Notes: generated from the sequence alone by a model not told the origin. A stretch of 64,000 nt of DNA from an uncultured delta proteobacterium (GCA_963767925.1 CAVYGB010000010.1:96001-160000), one strand, 5' to 3'. Shown: positions 26,947 to 36,663, counted from the stretch's first letter. Numbers and translations: made by a program.

Positions 26947-28968
26947 TCACGGGGGCGCCGGCACCTGGGCCTCGAGCTCGTCCAGGATCGCCCGGGCCTC
27001 CGCATCGTAAGGATCCTCGGTCAAGGATCGGCGCAGCCACCCGATGCCCCCCGGCAGGTCGCCCCGGGCGAGCGAGACCAGCGCCAGCAGGTTGGTCGCC
27101 ACCACCGGGACGCGCCCGTCGTCGAGCAGGCGCCGCCCGATCGCCTCGGCGGCCGCGAGATCGCCGAGCGCCAGGTGGCAGCGGGCGGCCAGCGCCTGGG
27201 CGGCGGTGTCCCCCGCGGTGAGCGGCGACAGGACGTGGAGGGCTTCGGCCGGCTGACCCACCGCGAGCAACAGCCGGGCGAGCTGCCGGCGGGCGGCGTC
27301 GGCGACCTCGCGCTGGCTGCCGTAACGACGCGCCTGCTCGGCCAGCACCCCATCGGTGGTCCTCCGTGCGGCCAGGTCGAGCCCCGGCGGGCCCGCCGGA
27401 TCGTGCCGGAACAACGACTCGGTGCCGTCGGTGTAGACCAGCCGCCAGTCGGGCGACCGATGGAGGTGGGCGAACAGCGGGAGGTAGCGGTCGGGATAGT
27501 CGGTGGGGAGGGCGGCGAAGTCGAACCGGTGGCGAGCGGCAAAGGCCGGCCAGCGCGCGGGGTCCTCCAGCAGGGCGAGGAACTCGGCGTATTCGTCGGC
27601 GGTGCGCAGCACCAGGCGGGTGTCGAGGTACGGCGCCGCCCGGGGGTGGAGCGCCCAGATCAGGTACCCGCCGTAGTGGTCGGCCGAGAAGACACGACCG
27701 CCCCCGGGCGCTCGATCGATCACCCGCGCCGATTCGACCGGGACCCGGAACGGCACCGGCTCGGCGAGCGGCGTCTCTCGAGACAGCGCCACCCCCAGCA
27801 ATCCCGCCACCGCCGCGCATCCGCTGGCCCAGGTGGCCAGCGGCAGGATCCGGGCCGGCCACCCCGGCCGGCGCTGGCGCCAGCGGGCGAGGCCGCTGGC
27901 CAGCGCGGGGGCGACGTTGGCGACGGCGACGGGGATCGCGATCCAGAACAGCAGCAACACGTTGCGGTTGGCGCTGAGGGCGAGCCCGGCGAAGGCCAGG
28001 ACCAGCAGAGCCCGCCCCCACCTTCGCCCGGGCGGGGCCACCCGGAAGCTGGCCGCGACGAGCGCGAGCAGGATCAGCAGCGGCAAGATCTGCCCCGGGT
28101 CCCCGCGCGCCAGCACCAGGGGCGGGACGTTCTCCGCCACCTGGCTGGAGAACACGTTGGCGTCGGCGGGCACCAGCCGCAGCAGCAGCTTCACCGGCAG
28201 CGCCGCCCCCCGCCACCCGTAGGGCGTCACGAACCCCGCCAGCACCGAGGCCGCCAGCACCAGCAGCAGCCGGCGGGCTCCCCCCTCCGGCAACTCCCGC
28301 GCCCCGCGCCAGCGCGCCACCCCCGCGCCGCCCAGCGCGCTCCCGATCATCACCGGCCCCAGCGGCCACAGCCCCTGGCAGTTGGCCCAGACCGCGGTCA
28401 ATCCCGGCAGGATCCAGATCGCCCGCCGGGCCCGCCCGGCGGCGAACCGCTCGAGCAAGGCCCCGAAGGCCGCACAGAAGACGAGCGTCAGGATCACCGG
28501 CCGCGCCAGCAGCAAGTGCCGCACGAACAGCAACCCCAGCGGCAACCCCAGCGCCAGCAACGCCCCCGCGACAATGCGTACCCGCGCTGCCGACCCGTCG
28601 CCTTCGACGGGGTCGGCCGCCCTGCCCGCCGATTGCTCGGCGCATGAGGCCCCATCGCCTGCTCGCCCCGGGTCGTCTGCCGGGGGAAGTCCCGTCTCCA
28701 CCGCGCGCAGCCACAGGAACGCCCCGCCGCCGACCAGGATCGCCTTCGCCAGCACCAGCGCGAGCAGACCGCCGAGCTGGTACACCCCGTAGGCCCCGAG
28801 CTGGAACAGCCAGTGCAGATCGATCCAGGGCCGCCCCCGCGCCCCCAGCGAAAACGGATCCGCCCACAGCAGCGCCCGGCGGGCGACCATCTCCCGGCCG
28901 GCGGCCAGGTGCCACCAGATGTCCGAATCGGCGACCGGCGTCAGCGCCGCCGCCCCCGCGAGCAACAC
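26947..28968 (-). CDS. Polytopic membrane protein, GT-C-like (DSDIWWHL loop), with C-terminal TPRs
   Basis: DxDxWWHL..GR after TM1, DPFS, WLF, RP, WANCQG, TPYG, GGYLIW, LDTR; many TM segments. The true start may lie as far upstream as about 29067. Confidence 0.7.
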   Translation of the reverse strand: MLLAGAAALTPVADSDIWWHLAAGREMVARRALLWADPFSLGARGRPWIDLHWLFQLGAYGVYQLGGLLALVLAKAILVGGGAFLWLRAVETGLPPADDPGRAGDGASCAEQSAGRAADPVEGDGSAARVRIVAGALLALGLPLGLLFVRHLLLARPVILTLVFCAAFGALLERFAAGRARRAIWILPGLTAVWANCQGLWPLGPVMIGSALGGAGVARWRGARELPEGGARRLLLVLAASVLAGFVTPYGWRGAALPVKLLLRLVPADANVFSSQVAENVPPLVLARGDPGQILPLLILLALVAASFRVAPPGRRWGRALLVLAFAGLALSANRNVLLLFWIAIPVAVANVAPALASGLARWRQRRPGWPARILPLATWASGCAAVAGLLGVALSRETPLAEPVPFRVPVESARVIDRAPGGGRVFSADHYGGYLIWALHPRAAPYLDTRLVLRTADEYAEFLALLEDPARWPAFAARHRFDFAALPTDYPDRYLPLFAHLHRSPDWRLVYTDGTESLFRHDPAGPPGLDLAARRTTDGVLAEQARRYGSQREVADAARRQLARLLLAVGQPAEALHVLSPLTAGDTAAQALAARCHLALGDLAAAEAIGRRLLDDGRVPVVATNLLALVSLARGDLPGGIGWLRRSLTEDPYDAEARAILDELEAQVPAPP

Positions 28969-28986
28969 GAGGACGACGATGGCCCC

Positions 28987-29034
28987 GGGGACGGGGACGG
29001 GGACGGGGACGCGTACCGGGACGGGGACGCGTAC
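28987..29034. repeat. (GGGGAC)n hexamer array interrupted by GCGTAC
   Basis: Four perfect GGGGAC units at 28987-29010, followed by degenerate units. Confidence 0.9.
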
Positions 29035-29063
29035 GGGGGGGCCCGTCTCGATCGGAGATTTCC

Positions 29064-29528
29064 TCAGGCCGGGTCGGCTTCCAGCGCGAAGTAGCGGACG
29101 CTCTTCCGATCCGTCGCCGCGAACTCGTCGACCAGCGCGCCGGTCCAGATCTTCTTGAGGTTCGGATCGAGCTTCAGCTTGTGCACGTCGCCCTGGGAGA
29201 AGCTGCGGAGCTTGCCCTTCACGTGCTCCTTCATCTTGTCCTTGATCTTGCTGCGCGCCTGGCGCGGCTTGTAGTGGGCGACGAAGATCGACTGCTTGTC
29301 GAGTGGACCGCCCTGCACCTCGTAGCGCATCACGTACGCGTAATCGTAGAGGTCATCGGGCGGGAACTTGCTCGGGATCTCCGCCAGCTTGGCGGTCACG
29401 GTGACGGCCTCGGCCGGCGGGTCGGCCGCCAGCGCGGTGGCGCCGAACGGGATCAGTGAGGCGAAAAAACCGCCGGCGAGCGCGCCCAGCAGGGCGCGGC
29501 GACCGGTGAACGAGAGGGTGTGCTTCAT
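29064..29528 (-). CDS. Small exported protein with twin-arginine signal peptide
   Basis: TGRRALL Tat motif and ALA cleavage site; codon usage typical of the window; beta-rich mature domain. Confidence 0.75.
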   Translation of the reverse strand: MKHTLSFTGRRALLGALAGGFFASLIPFGATALAADPPAEAVTVTAKLAEIPSKFPPDDLYDYAYVMRYEVQGGPLDKQSIFVAHYKPRQARSKIKDKMKEHVKGKLRSFSQGDVHKLKLDPNLKKIWTGALVDEFAATDRKSVRYFALEADPA

Positions 29529-29645
29529 GGCTAATACGACTCCGCTACAAGCGGCGGCCATACTAGCAAAAGCGGCCCCGGTTTGCCCCTGGCGCCGGGC
29601 GTGGGCGTCGGCGGTGCTCGCCCGGGCGCGCTACCCGGTGCCCGC

Positions 29646-31004
29646 TCAGCGCGGGCCTTCGGGGCGGCCGTAGACCGGCTCGAGGTTGCGCAGGTCGGGC
29701 GGCTGGCTCGGCCCGCGGGCGGGCGGGGGCTCGGCCGCGGGGCGAGCCTTGGCGGCCGCCGCCGGGGAGCCCGGCTTCTTGCGGATGACCACCAGCTCGA
29801 CCCGCCGGTTGCGCGAGTGGACCTCGTTGTTCCGCCCGGGCGCCCGCGGCTTGCTCGACCCGAAGCCCTTGGCGGTGAGCTTGGACTCTGGCACTCCGAA
29901 GCCGACCAGGGTGGCGCGCACGCGCTGGGCGCGCTCCTCGCTGAGCCACATGTTGAAACGCTCGGGCCCCCGCAGATCGGAGTGCCCCTCGATCTCCAGC
30001 CGCTCCCACTCGGGGTGCTGCTTCCAGAGCATTACCACCACCGACAGCGCCCGCTGGCCGCTGGTCCGCACGCGGGCCCGCTCCGAGTCGAACAGGACCG
30101 CCTCGTCGAGGACGATCCGGTCGTCGATCACCTCGATGGCCGGCTCGGGGCCGGCGGCGGCGCTGGAGGCGTCGTCCGGGCACCCGTCGGTGTCGTCGAT
30201 CCCGTTGACCACCTCGGCCTGCAGCGGGCACTGATCCCGAGCGTCGGCGATGCCGTCCTTGTCGTTGTCCAGGTCGGGACAGCCGTCCTGATCCTCGAAC
30301 TGGTCGAGGTCCTCGGGCGTCTTGGCGCAGCGGTCCTGGGTGTCCATCACCCCGTCGCCGTCGGTGTCGCGCGGGGGCAGGTCACCGGGGATGGGCTGCA
30401 GGGCCATGCGCGGGGGCTGCATCCGCTCGATCTTGCCCTTGTCGAAGATCGCCACCTCGAGGCCCAGGAAGGCCATCTTGGCGTCGGCTCCCGCCGGCCC
30501 GCTGCCCCGCTGCAGGCCATGCAGGTAGCGCAGGGAGGGGCCCAGCACCATCGAGCCCACCCGGAAGCCGAGGCCGGCCCCCGCCTCCATCACCGGCAGG
30601 GTCGTGCTGCGCATCAGCCCCGCCCCGGCGCCGACCTCCATCCACAGCCCGAGCCCGGGCCCCTTCAGCGGTCGGGCGAAGGGGGTCAGGCGGGCGGCCA
30701 GGGTCAGCGCGCCCAGCGTGCCCATGCCCGGATCCGGCTGCGCCGGATCCACATCGCCCGCGCCGAACGCCCCCGCCCGCAACCGCAGGCCGGTCAGGGC
30801 GTGGCTGCCCAGCGATTGGTAGGCCGCCACGGCACCGGACCCGCCGGGCCCATTGAGCGACGGCTCTGGCTCGCTCTGCGCGACGCCGGCGCCCGCCTCG
30901 CCGACAAGAAACCAGGTCTCCTCGGCGACCGCCGGCCGGGCGGAGGAGAGCAGCCCCAGGAGGCCCGCACCGACGACCACCGTGATCTTTCCACGTCTGA
31001 GCAT
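29646..31004 (-). CDS. OmpA-family protein (beta-barrel, thrombospondin type-3 repeats, OmpA C-terminal domain)
   Basis: DTDGDGV.D..DRC, DGCPD.DNDKDGI repeats; VLFD, IEGHSD, LSEERA, NRRVE. Confidence 0.93.
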   Translation of the reverse strand: MLRRGKITVVVGAGLLGLLSSARPAVAEETWFLVGEAGAGVAQSEPEPSLNGPGGSGAVAAYQSLGSHALTGLRLRAGAFGAGDVDPAQPDPGMGTLGALTLAARLTPFARPLKGPGLGLWMEVGAGAGLMRSTTLPVMEAGAGLGFRVGSMVLGPSLRYLHGLQRGSGPAGADAKMAFLGLEVAIFDKGKIERMQPPRMALQPIPGDLPPRDTDGDGVMDTQDRCAKTPEDLDQFEDQDGCPDLDNDKDGIADARDQCPLQAEVVNGIDDTDGCPDDASSAAAGPEPAIEVIDDRIVLDEAVLFDSERARVRTSGQRALSVVVMLWKQHPEWERLEIEGHSDLRGPERFNMWLSEERAQRVRATLVGFGVPESKLTAKGFGSSKPRAPGRNNEVHSRNRRVELVVIRKKPGSPAAAAKARPAAEPPPARGPSQPPDLRNLEPVYGRPEGPR

Positions 31005-31105
31005 CTGTCAGGAAGCTCGCCGGAAAAGACCAGGACCTTTAGGGGAACCCGGATGCAACGCGACGCTCGCGGCCGAAAGACGCCAGATTCGCCCGGTGTC
31101 TTACA

Positions 31106-34100
31106 TCAAGCGGCCAGCTCGACCCCCAGGGGCCAGCTCTCCTCGCGCAGGGTCGGCTCGACCCGGGCCAGCTCGGCCCGCAGGCCGGCCATGCCGACCC
31201 GCTTGCGGGGATCGGCCCGCAGCCCGGCCTCGAGCACGTCGACGAGCGAGGCGAAGCGCCGGTCGGCCCGGAGGGCGCTGAGCCCGTCGGGGGCGCCGTC
31301 GTGGGCGAAGTGGGCGGCGACGACCGCCGGCAGGGTGTCGCCCTGGAACAGGCGCCGCCCCACGAACAGCTCGTAGGCCAGGCAGCAGAACGAATAGACG
31401 TCGGCCGGCGCCGGCTCGGCCGGGGGGCCCGCCCCCTCGGTCACCCAGACCTCGGGCGCCCCGTAAAACGGGCTGGCGCAGCCCGGGCGCACCTTGCGGC
31501 CGGCGAGGCCGAAGTCGACGAGCACGGCCGGCAGGGTCACCGCCGACAGGTGCAACGCCGCCGAGTCGGGCGGCACCTCGATGGCCCGCATGATGACGTT
31601 GGCCGGCTTCACGTCGAGGTGCCCGATTCCGAGCGCGTGCATCGATTGCAGGCCGGACGCTATCCCCTCCAGGATCGAGAAGGCCAGGGGGAAAGTGAGA
31701 TCGCGCCGGGCCAGCACCCGTTCGATGGTTGGCCCCTCGACCAGCTCCATCACGAGGATCGGCTTGGGCCGGGCCCGCGCATCGAAGGTCACGAAGCTCG
31801 CCAGGTTCGGGTGCACCGGCAGGGTCAACAGGGCTCCCGCCTCCTCCCGGAACAGCCGCAGGAACTCCTCCTCCGACAACATCCGCGCCACCGAGCCGTC
31901 GTACGACGGGATCTTGAGGGCGAAGCGCTCGGCGCCGGGGTCGTGGCGATCTTCGGCCCGGCAAACCACGAACACCGAGCCGGCGGTGCCCCGGCCGATC
32001 GGCCGCTGCACGTAGAAGCCGCCCAGCACCCGGCTGGGCGGCAGCCAGGTTGGCAACATGAACTCGGCCTCGGGCGGGGCGCTGATGTCGTCCTCTCTCC
32101 CCTCGTTCGGCAGGTCGGGCAGGCGCACCAGGGCCCGGGTCACCACCTCGCCGATCAGGCGGGGCAAATCGGCGCGCACCCCCTCGACCGCCGCCTTGAC
32201 GACCTTGTCGAGGTCGGCCGAGGGAGCGCCGCGGGCGGCGTGGGCCACGGCGGCGTCCAGCTCCTGCAGGGGACGCGCCCCCACGATGTTCTCGACCACC
32301 CGCTGCGGCTGGTTGAGGCGGCGCCAGACGCCGGCACTGAGCTCGGCGAGGTCCTGCACGCAGCCTCCCAGCAGGTCGAGCCAGCCGGTCCCCCGGCCGA
32401 CCGTCAGCCCCATCAGCGAGCGGGCCGAGCTGACCCGCTCCAGGGTGCGGGCGGTGGCCAGCAGCGAACGCCGGAGCGCCTCCACCGGCGCGGTGAGACC
32501 GGGGGGCAGGGCTTCGGCCAGCACCGACAGCGCCGCCACCAGCGCCGCCTCGCCGTCGGCCGGCTCGCGCAGCCGCCGGGCCAGGGTGGCCACCGCGCTC
32601 AGCACCTCGCGAAGCTCGGAGGCCACGGTGGCCTCGCCGAGCACGATGAAATCTTCGGGCCGCTCCAGGCGCGCCCCCAGCAGCAGGACCAGCTCGCCGA
32701 TCTCGGCCAGCTCGTCCCGCACCAGCCCCTCGCAGGCCCGGGCCAGCGCCGCGCACACCGGGCGGCGGAGCTGCGAGGGCGGCTCGGCGCTGAGCCGGGC
32801 CAGCATCCGATCGAGGGTGCGCAGCCGGCGCTCGCGCGTGCCGGAGACCGACTCGTCCCACATGGGGAAGCCCTCGCCGTCGATGGCGTGCACGAGCGCC
32901 CGCAGCCGGCGGCGGTACAGCTCGAGGTGGGCCAGCGCCCCCGAGGCCAGGGGGGCGGCCTCCCGGGCGAGCAGCCAGGAGCGCAGGCGCACGATGAGAT
33001 CGCCGAGCTCCCCAGGCACCCGCGAGGTGGGCTCGAGCCCCGACATCACGAGAAGGTCGGCCAGCAGGCTCGACTCCATCAAGCCCCGATCCAGCTCGCG
33101 CAGGAGCTGGAAGCCCCGCTGCCGGTCCTCCGAGGTGTCCTCGCGCAGCCGCTCGAGCAGGCTCAGGTTGAGGCCGGCGGTGCCCAGCGCCGCCTCGACG
33201 TGGGGCCGCACCTCGCGCCCCTCGACGAAGGCCATCTGGGCGGCGGCGATGTGTTGCCGCACCGAGGGCCGCCGCCCCGAGCCCAGCGGCGACAGATCGG
33301 TGTCGAGGGCCCGCCGCAGGGCCACCCAGCCGTCGTCCTCGGCCCGGGGGTCGCCGGGCGGGCCGGGCGGGGGCGACCGCAGCTTGTCGAGCGCCATGGC
33401 GGTGGAGCGGCCGGCCAGCCGCCAGCCGGGATGTTCGCCCAGCAGGTCGACGAAGGCCTCGATGCTCTCGAGCTCCCCGCCCTCCAGCAGGTGGGGCAAG
33501 AGGGCCTCGGCCGCCTCCGGCTCGATGGCGGCGGCGCGTCCGAGGCCGAAGATGAGCGCCGCGCCCAGGCCCCGGTCGCGGGAGGGCAGGTCGCTGTGCA
33601 GCAGATCCTGACAGCGCGACACCCGCTTGGTCGGGGAGTGGGCGACCGCCGCGCCGAGCGAGGTGGCGGCCCGCCGCCAGTCGGTGGGCCCGAGCTCGCG
33701 GGACAGCCCCCGCTCGATCTCCTGGTCGAGGGCCGGCTCCACCGCGGCCAGCAGACCGCGGGCGGCGGCGGCGTGGCGCCACACGAGGGTATCGCGATCG
33801 GTCAGCAGCCGGCGGAACGCGCCCCGCACGGCGGGCCGTCGGAAGGTCTTCACCCCCAGGTCATCGCCCTCCAGCCCGCGCCGGGTGGCCTCGCGCGCCG
33901 CCCGCTCGAGCAGGCGGGCGGCGACCCGCCGGGCTGGAAGCGCGCCGGCCGAGGGGACGCTCAGCCACTCGCGCTCGAGATCGGGCCGGCACAGCAGGGC
34001 CAGGGCCAGGCGGTCCACCCCGGTCTCGATGCCGATCGGCAGGCGCATCGCCACCGCGACCCGGGAGCGGACCGGGGCGGTGGAGAGCCCCCGGCGCGAG

Positions 34101-34471
34101 GCCGAGGCGAGCGAGGTGGCCAGCAGGGCGAAGGTGGCGGCGTCGCCGGTCAGGAGCTGCTCGAGCACCCGCCGGCCCAGCTCCCGCTTCTCCTCGCCGG
34201 CGGGCAAAACCGCCGCGATCTCGAAGAAGGCCGCCGCCGCCAGCCCGCGCGACATCCACTGGGTGTCGTCGACGAGGCCGGTGGCGAACGCCGCCCGGAT
34301 GCTGCCGTGGAGCTGCTCCGGGCGCAGGGCTTCCAGAGGCGCCGCTTTCTGATTCGAAGCGGCGACCGCCAGCGAGGCGAGCCCCTGACGCCAGACCCGC
34401 CGCCGCTCATCCGCGCTGTCTATCTCGTGGAGCTGGGAGAGCCCAACGAGGTAATCCCGGGGACCATCCAT
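31106..34471 (-). CDS. Large soluble Ser/Thr protein kinase (C-terminal Hanks-type domain)
   Basis: IGRGTAGSVF, ALK, FREE, HPNL, LVMELVEG, HLDVKPAN, DFGLA, YGAPE, DVYS. Confidence 0.92.
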   Translation of the reverse strand: MDGPRDYLVGLSQLHEIDSADERRRVWRQGLASLAVAASNQKAAPLEALRPEQLHGSIRAAFATGLVDDTQWMSRGLAAAAFFEIAAVLPAGEEKRELGRRVLEQLLTGDAATFALLATSLASASRRGLSTAPVRSRVAVAMRLPIGIETGVDRLALALLCRPDLEREWLSVPSAGALPARRVAARLLERAAREATRRGLEGDDLGVKTFRRPAVRGAFRRLLTDRDTLVWRHAAAARGLLAAVEPALDQEIERGLSRELGPTDWRRAATSLGAAVAHSPTKRVSRCQDLLHSDLPSRDRGLGAALIFGLGRAAAIEPEAAEALLPHLLEGGELESIEAFVDLLGEHPGWRLAGRSTAMALDKLRSPPPGPPGDPRAEDDGWVALRRALDTDLSPLGSGRRPSVRQHIAAAQMAFVEGREVRPHVEAALGTAGLNLSLLERLREDTSEDRQRGFQLLRELDRGLMESSLLADLLVMSGLEPTSRVPGELGDLIVRLRSWLLAREAAPLASGALAHLELYRRRLRALVHAIDGEGFPMWDESVSGTRERRLRTLDRMLARLSAEPPSQLRRPVCAALARACEGLVRDELAEIGELVLLLGARLERPEDFIVLGEATVASELREVLSAVATLARRLREPADGEAALVAALSVLAEALPPGLTAPVEALRRSLLATARTLERVSSARSLMGLTVGRGTGWLDLLGGCVQDLAELSAGVWRRLNQPQRVVENIVGARPLQELDAAVAHAARGAPSADLDKVVKAAVEGVRADLPRLIGEVVTRALVRLPDLPNEGREDDISAPPEAEFMLPTWLPPSRVLGGFYVQRPIGRGTAGSVFVVCRAEDRHDPGAERFALKIPSYDGSVARMLSEEEFLRLFREEAGALLTLPVHPNLASFVTFDARARPKPILVMELVEGPTIERVLARRDLTFPLAFSILEGIASGLQSMHALGIGHLDVKPANVIMRAIEVPPDSAALHLSAVTLPAVLVDFGLAGRKVRPGCASPFYGAPEVWVTEGAGPPAEPAPADVYSFCCLAYELFVGRRLFQGDTLPAVVAAHFAHDGAPDGLSALRADRRFASLVDVLEAGLRADPRKRVGMAGLRAELARVEPTLREESWPLGVELAA

Positions 34472-34562
34472 GTGCGACTAAGCCAGAAGGAAGACTACAA
34501 GCGAAACATGCCCCGGTCGCCGCGCGCAACGGGAATATCGCGACATTACGACAGCGCGGAGC

Positions 34563-34587
34563 GACAAAACACCCCGTCTCGACGGGT
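34563..34587 (-). terminator. Probable intrinsic terminator downstream of the tRNA pair
   Basis: Minus strand CCCGT-CGAG-ACGGG hairpin followed by GTGTTTTGT. Confidence 0.45.
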
Positions 34588-34592
34588 ACTTG

Positions 34593-34685
34593 AGGAGAGG
34601 GAGGGATTCGAACCCTCGGTACAGGCTTTAGTCCCGTACAACGGTTTAGCAAACCGTCGCCTTCGACCGACTCGGCCACCTCTCC
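34593..34685 (-). tRNA. tRNA-Ser(GCT)
   Basis: GGAGAGG/CCTCTCC acceptor stem, ACGGT-TTGCTAA-ACCGT anticodon arm, long variable arm, GGTTCGAATCC. CCA not encoded. Confidence 0.97.
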
Positions 34686-34740
34686 AGGTTTTTCGGTGCT
34701 GGGATCCCGCGGGGGGATCCCTTCAGTTGTCATGGAACGG

Positions 34741-34823
34741 AGGAGGAGGAGGGATTCGAACCCCCGGCGCTTTCGCGCTACGGTTTTCAAGACCGTCGCC
34801 TTCGACCACTCGGCCACTCCTCC
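34741..34823 (-). tRNA. tRNA-Ser(TGA)
   Basis: GGAGGAG/CTCCTCC acceptor stem, ACGGT-CTTGAAA-ACCGT anticodon arm, GCGC-GAAA-GCGC variable arm, GGTTCGAATCC. CCA not encoded. Confidence 0.97.
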
Positions 34824-35158
34824 CGACTGCTACGGAGACCCGTTGGTTCCATACCCTCCCGCGACGGGCTTCGGCAAGCAAGCTTACCTGCGCCCACGCG
34901 GCCCCTGACCGGTTAGCCGACGCACAGAGCGGCGTATTCATACTCGGTATTGGTCGGCTCGACAAGCGCGCTCGGGGGTGAGATCGGGGCGGCCGGCTTC
35001 TCGGTGGTGGCTAGCTGGGCGTCACCCCGGTGTCACCCCAGCGTTGCTCGGACTCGGGTCGCCACGGTTCTGCCGCCCCGACGTTGCCAGAAAGATCCCG
35101 CAACGCTCCGACGCGCCCGGCGACGGCCACGTACCTTGGTCTTCGACGAAGACCAAGC

Positions 35159-35977
35159 ATGGAAAGAACCCTCGCCCATCTATCCGATCTGCACGTCGGC
35201 CGTGGCGACGACACCGACGACGCCTTGCAGGGGATGTGTCAGTCGCTCATCCGTAAGGACGTGGAGCACGTCGTCGTGACCGGCGACATCACCAACCGGG
35301 GCCGGTGGCGGGAGTGGGAGCGGTTCGAGCGCGCCTTCGCCCCCTTGCGGGAGCTCGGCCGCCTGACCGTGGTGCCCGGCAACCACGACCGGCTCAACGA
35401 GGACGTCGGGGCCACCCTGATGCCCGGCGGGCGCGTCGAGATCGAGCGCCACCCCGGTCTGCACCTGGTGCTGTTCGATTCCACCGGCCCACACAATCGG
35501 TCGCTGCTGACCAGCCACGGCCAGATGTCCGACACGGACGTGGCCGACATCCTGGACGCCTTCGAGCAGGCTCCGTCCCGGTCGCTGGCGGTCCTCCTGC
35601 TCCACCACCACCTGGTGCCGCTGCCCCACGACAGCCCGGCCGAGCGCCTCATCTCCTGGCTGGGCTGGGGATCGGGCGAGGAGCTGACGCTCGGGCGCCA
35701 GCTCCTGCTGGCCCTGCGGGGACGCTGCGACCTCGTCCTGCACGGGCACCGGCACGACCCGGTCACGGTCCAGGTCCACACCGAACCGATGCGGCCGCTG
35801 TCCCTGTTCAACGCGGGCAGCTCGACCGAGCTGGGTCACGTCCGGCTGTTCGCCCACCGATACGGGCGGCTGGCGGCACCCCCGGTCTGGATGCCGCTGC
35901 CGCAGGCCAAGCCGGCCCCCTTCTTCGAATACGTCGGGTCCAGCCACGTCGCCGAGGGGGGCTGGCAGAGCCCCTGA
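35159..35977 (+). CDS. Calcineurin-like metallophosphoesterase (CpdA/Icc-like)
   Basis: HLSDLH, VTGDIT, PGNHD, LHHH, LHGHRH. Confidence 0.92.
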   Translation: MERTLAHLSDLHVGRGDDTDDALQGMCQSLIRKDVEHVVVTGDITNRGRWREWERFERAFAPLRELGRLTVVPGNHDRLNEDVGATLMPGGRVEIERHPGLHLVLFDSTGPHNRSLLTSHGQMSDTDVADILDAFEQAPSRSLAVLLLHHHLVPLPHDSPAERLISWLGWGSGEELTLGRQLLLALRGRCDLVLHGHRHDPVTVQVHTEPMRPLSLFNAGSSTELGHVRLFAHRYGRLAAPPVWMPLPQAKPAPFFEYVGSSHVAEGGWQSP

Positions 35978-35984
35978 CCGTCCC

Positions 35985-36623
35985 CTAACCGGGCGAGGGA
36001 CGAGCGGGCGGGTTCTTCTGGGCGGCGGCGCACTCCTTGTCGTCGAGCCGCTTGTATTCGATCAGGCCCACCTCGACCGCGACAAGCGACCCGTCGGCCT
36101 TGACCTTGTCGTTGTACTCCTGCTGGGACCACAGCTTGGGCTGGATGTGCAGGGAGATGCCCCGGTCGAGCTTGTCGTAGTCGGTGCGCTCCTTGTCGCG
36201 CAGCGGTTTGGCCGCCCCCGGGGCCTTGCAGTGCAGGCGGTTGCCGGGGAGAAATTTTCCCTCGCAGCGGTAGCGGGGCCCCGCCCGGCCCATCACCTCG
36301 AGCCGCCAGGCGCCGTCGGGCTGCTTGCTCCAGACGTCCTCGAAGTGCCAGGTGGGCGTGCCCCCGAAGACGCCGATGTGGGTGAGGGTCACTGGCCCCT
36401 GCTCCTTGGCCGAGAGGGCGATCCACTCCTTGACCGAGGTCGGCTCCTCGTGGGGATGCCCCGGCTCGAGGAACCGGTAGGTGACCTGGAAACAGCCGGC
36501 TTGCTGCTTGATGGCGTCGGGCAGCGCGGGCGCTGCCGAACGGGCCGGCCCGGAGGCAGCAAGCAGGAGCAGCGGCGCGCTGCCGATCAGAAGCAGCGCC
36601 TTGCGCAGGGGAGGTCGTCGCAT
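35985..36623 (-). CDS. Exported protein, probably DUF6607 family
   Basis: Signal peptide; AIK..AGCF.V.Y.F.E, PRY, PLR...R.DY, N.KV and E.G...Y motifs, recognised from memory. Confidence 0.6.
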   Translation of the reverse strand: MRRPPLRKALLLIGSAPLLLLAASGPARSAAPALPDAIKQQAGCFQVTYRFLEPGHPHEEPTSVKEWIALSAKEQGPVTLTHIGVFGGTPTWHFEDVWSKQPDGAWRLEVMGRAGPRYRCEGKFLPGNRLHCKAPGAAKPLRDKERTDYDKLDRGISLHIQPKLWSQQEYNDKVKADGSLVAVEVGLIEYKRLDDKECAAAQKNPPARPSPG

Positions 36624-36663
36624 GGGCTCGCCTTGCTCTTTCACTTCTTGTCTCACTTCTTCT

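Noticed and set aside
29646..31004. TraB of myxobacterial outer-membrane exchange
   Set aside because: The architecture is shared by many myxobacterial OmpA paralogs and no traA-like gene is adjacent.
34407..34965. Short ORFs overlapping the tRNA region
   Set aside because: They are translations of tRNA sequence.
31301..34981. Very long antisense or alternate-frame ORFs (also 9434-12202, 46831-49368, 60185-63238)
   Set aside because: These are shadow ORFs expected in very GC-rich DNA opposite genes with clear motifs; they contain no recognisable domains.
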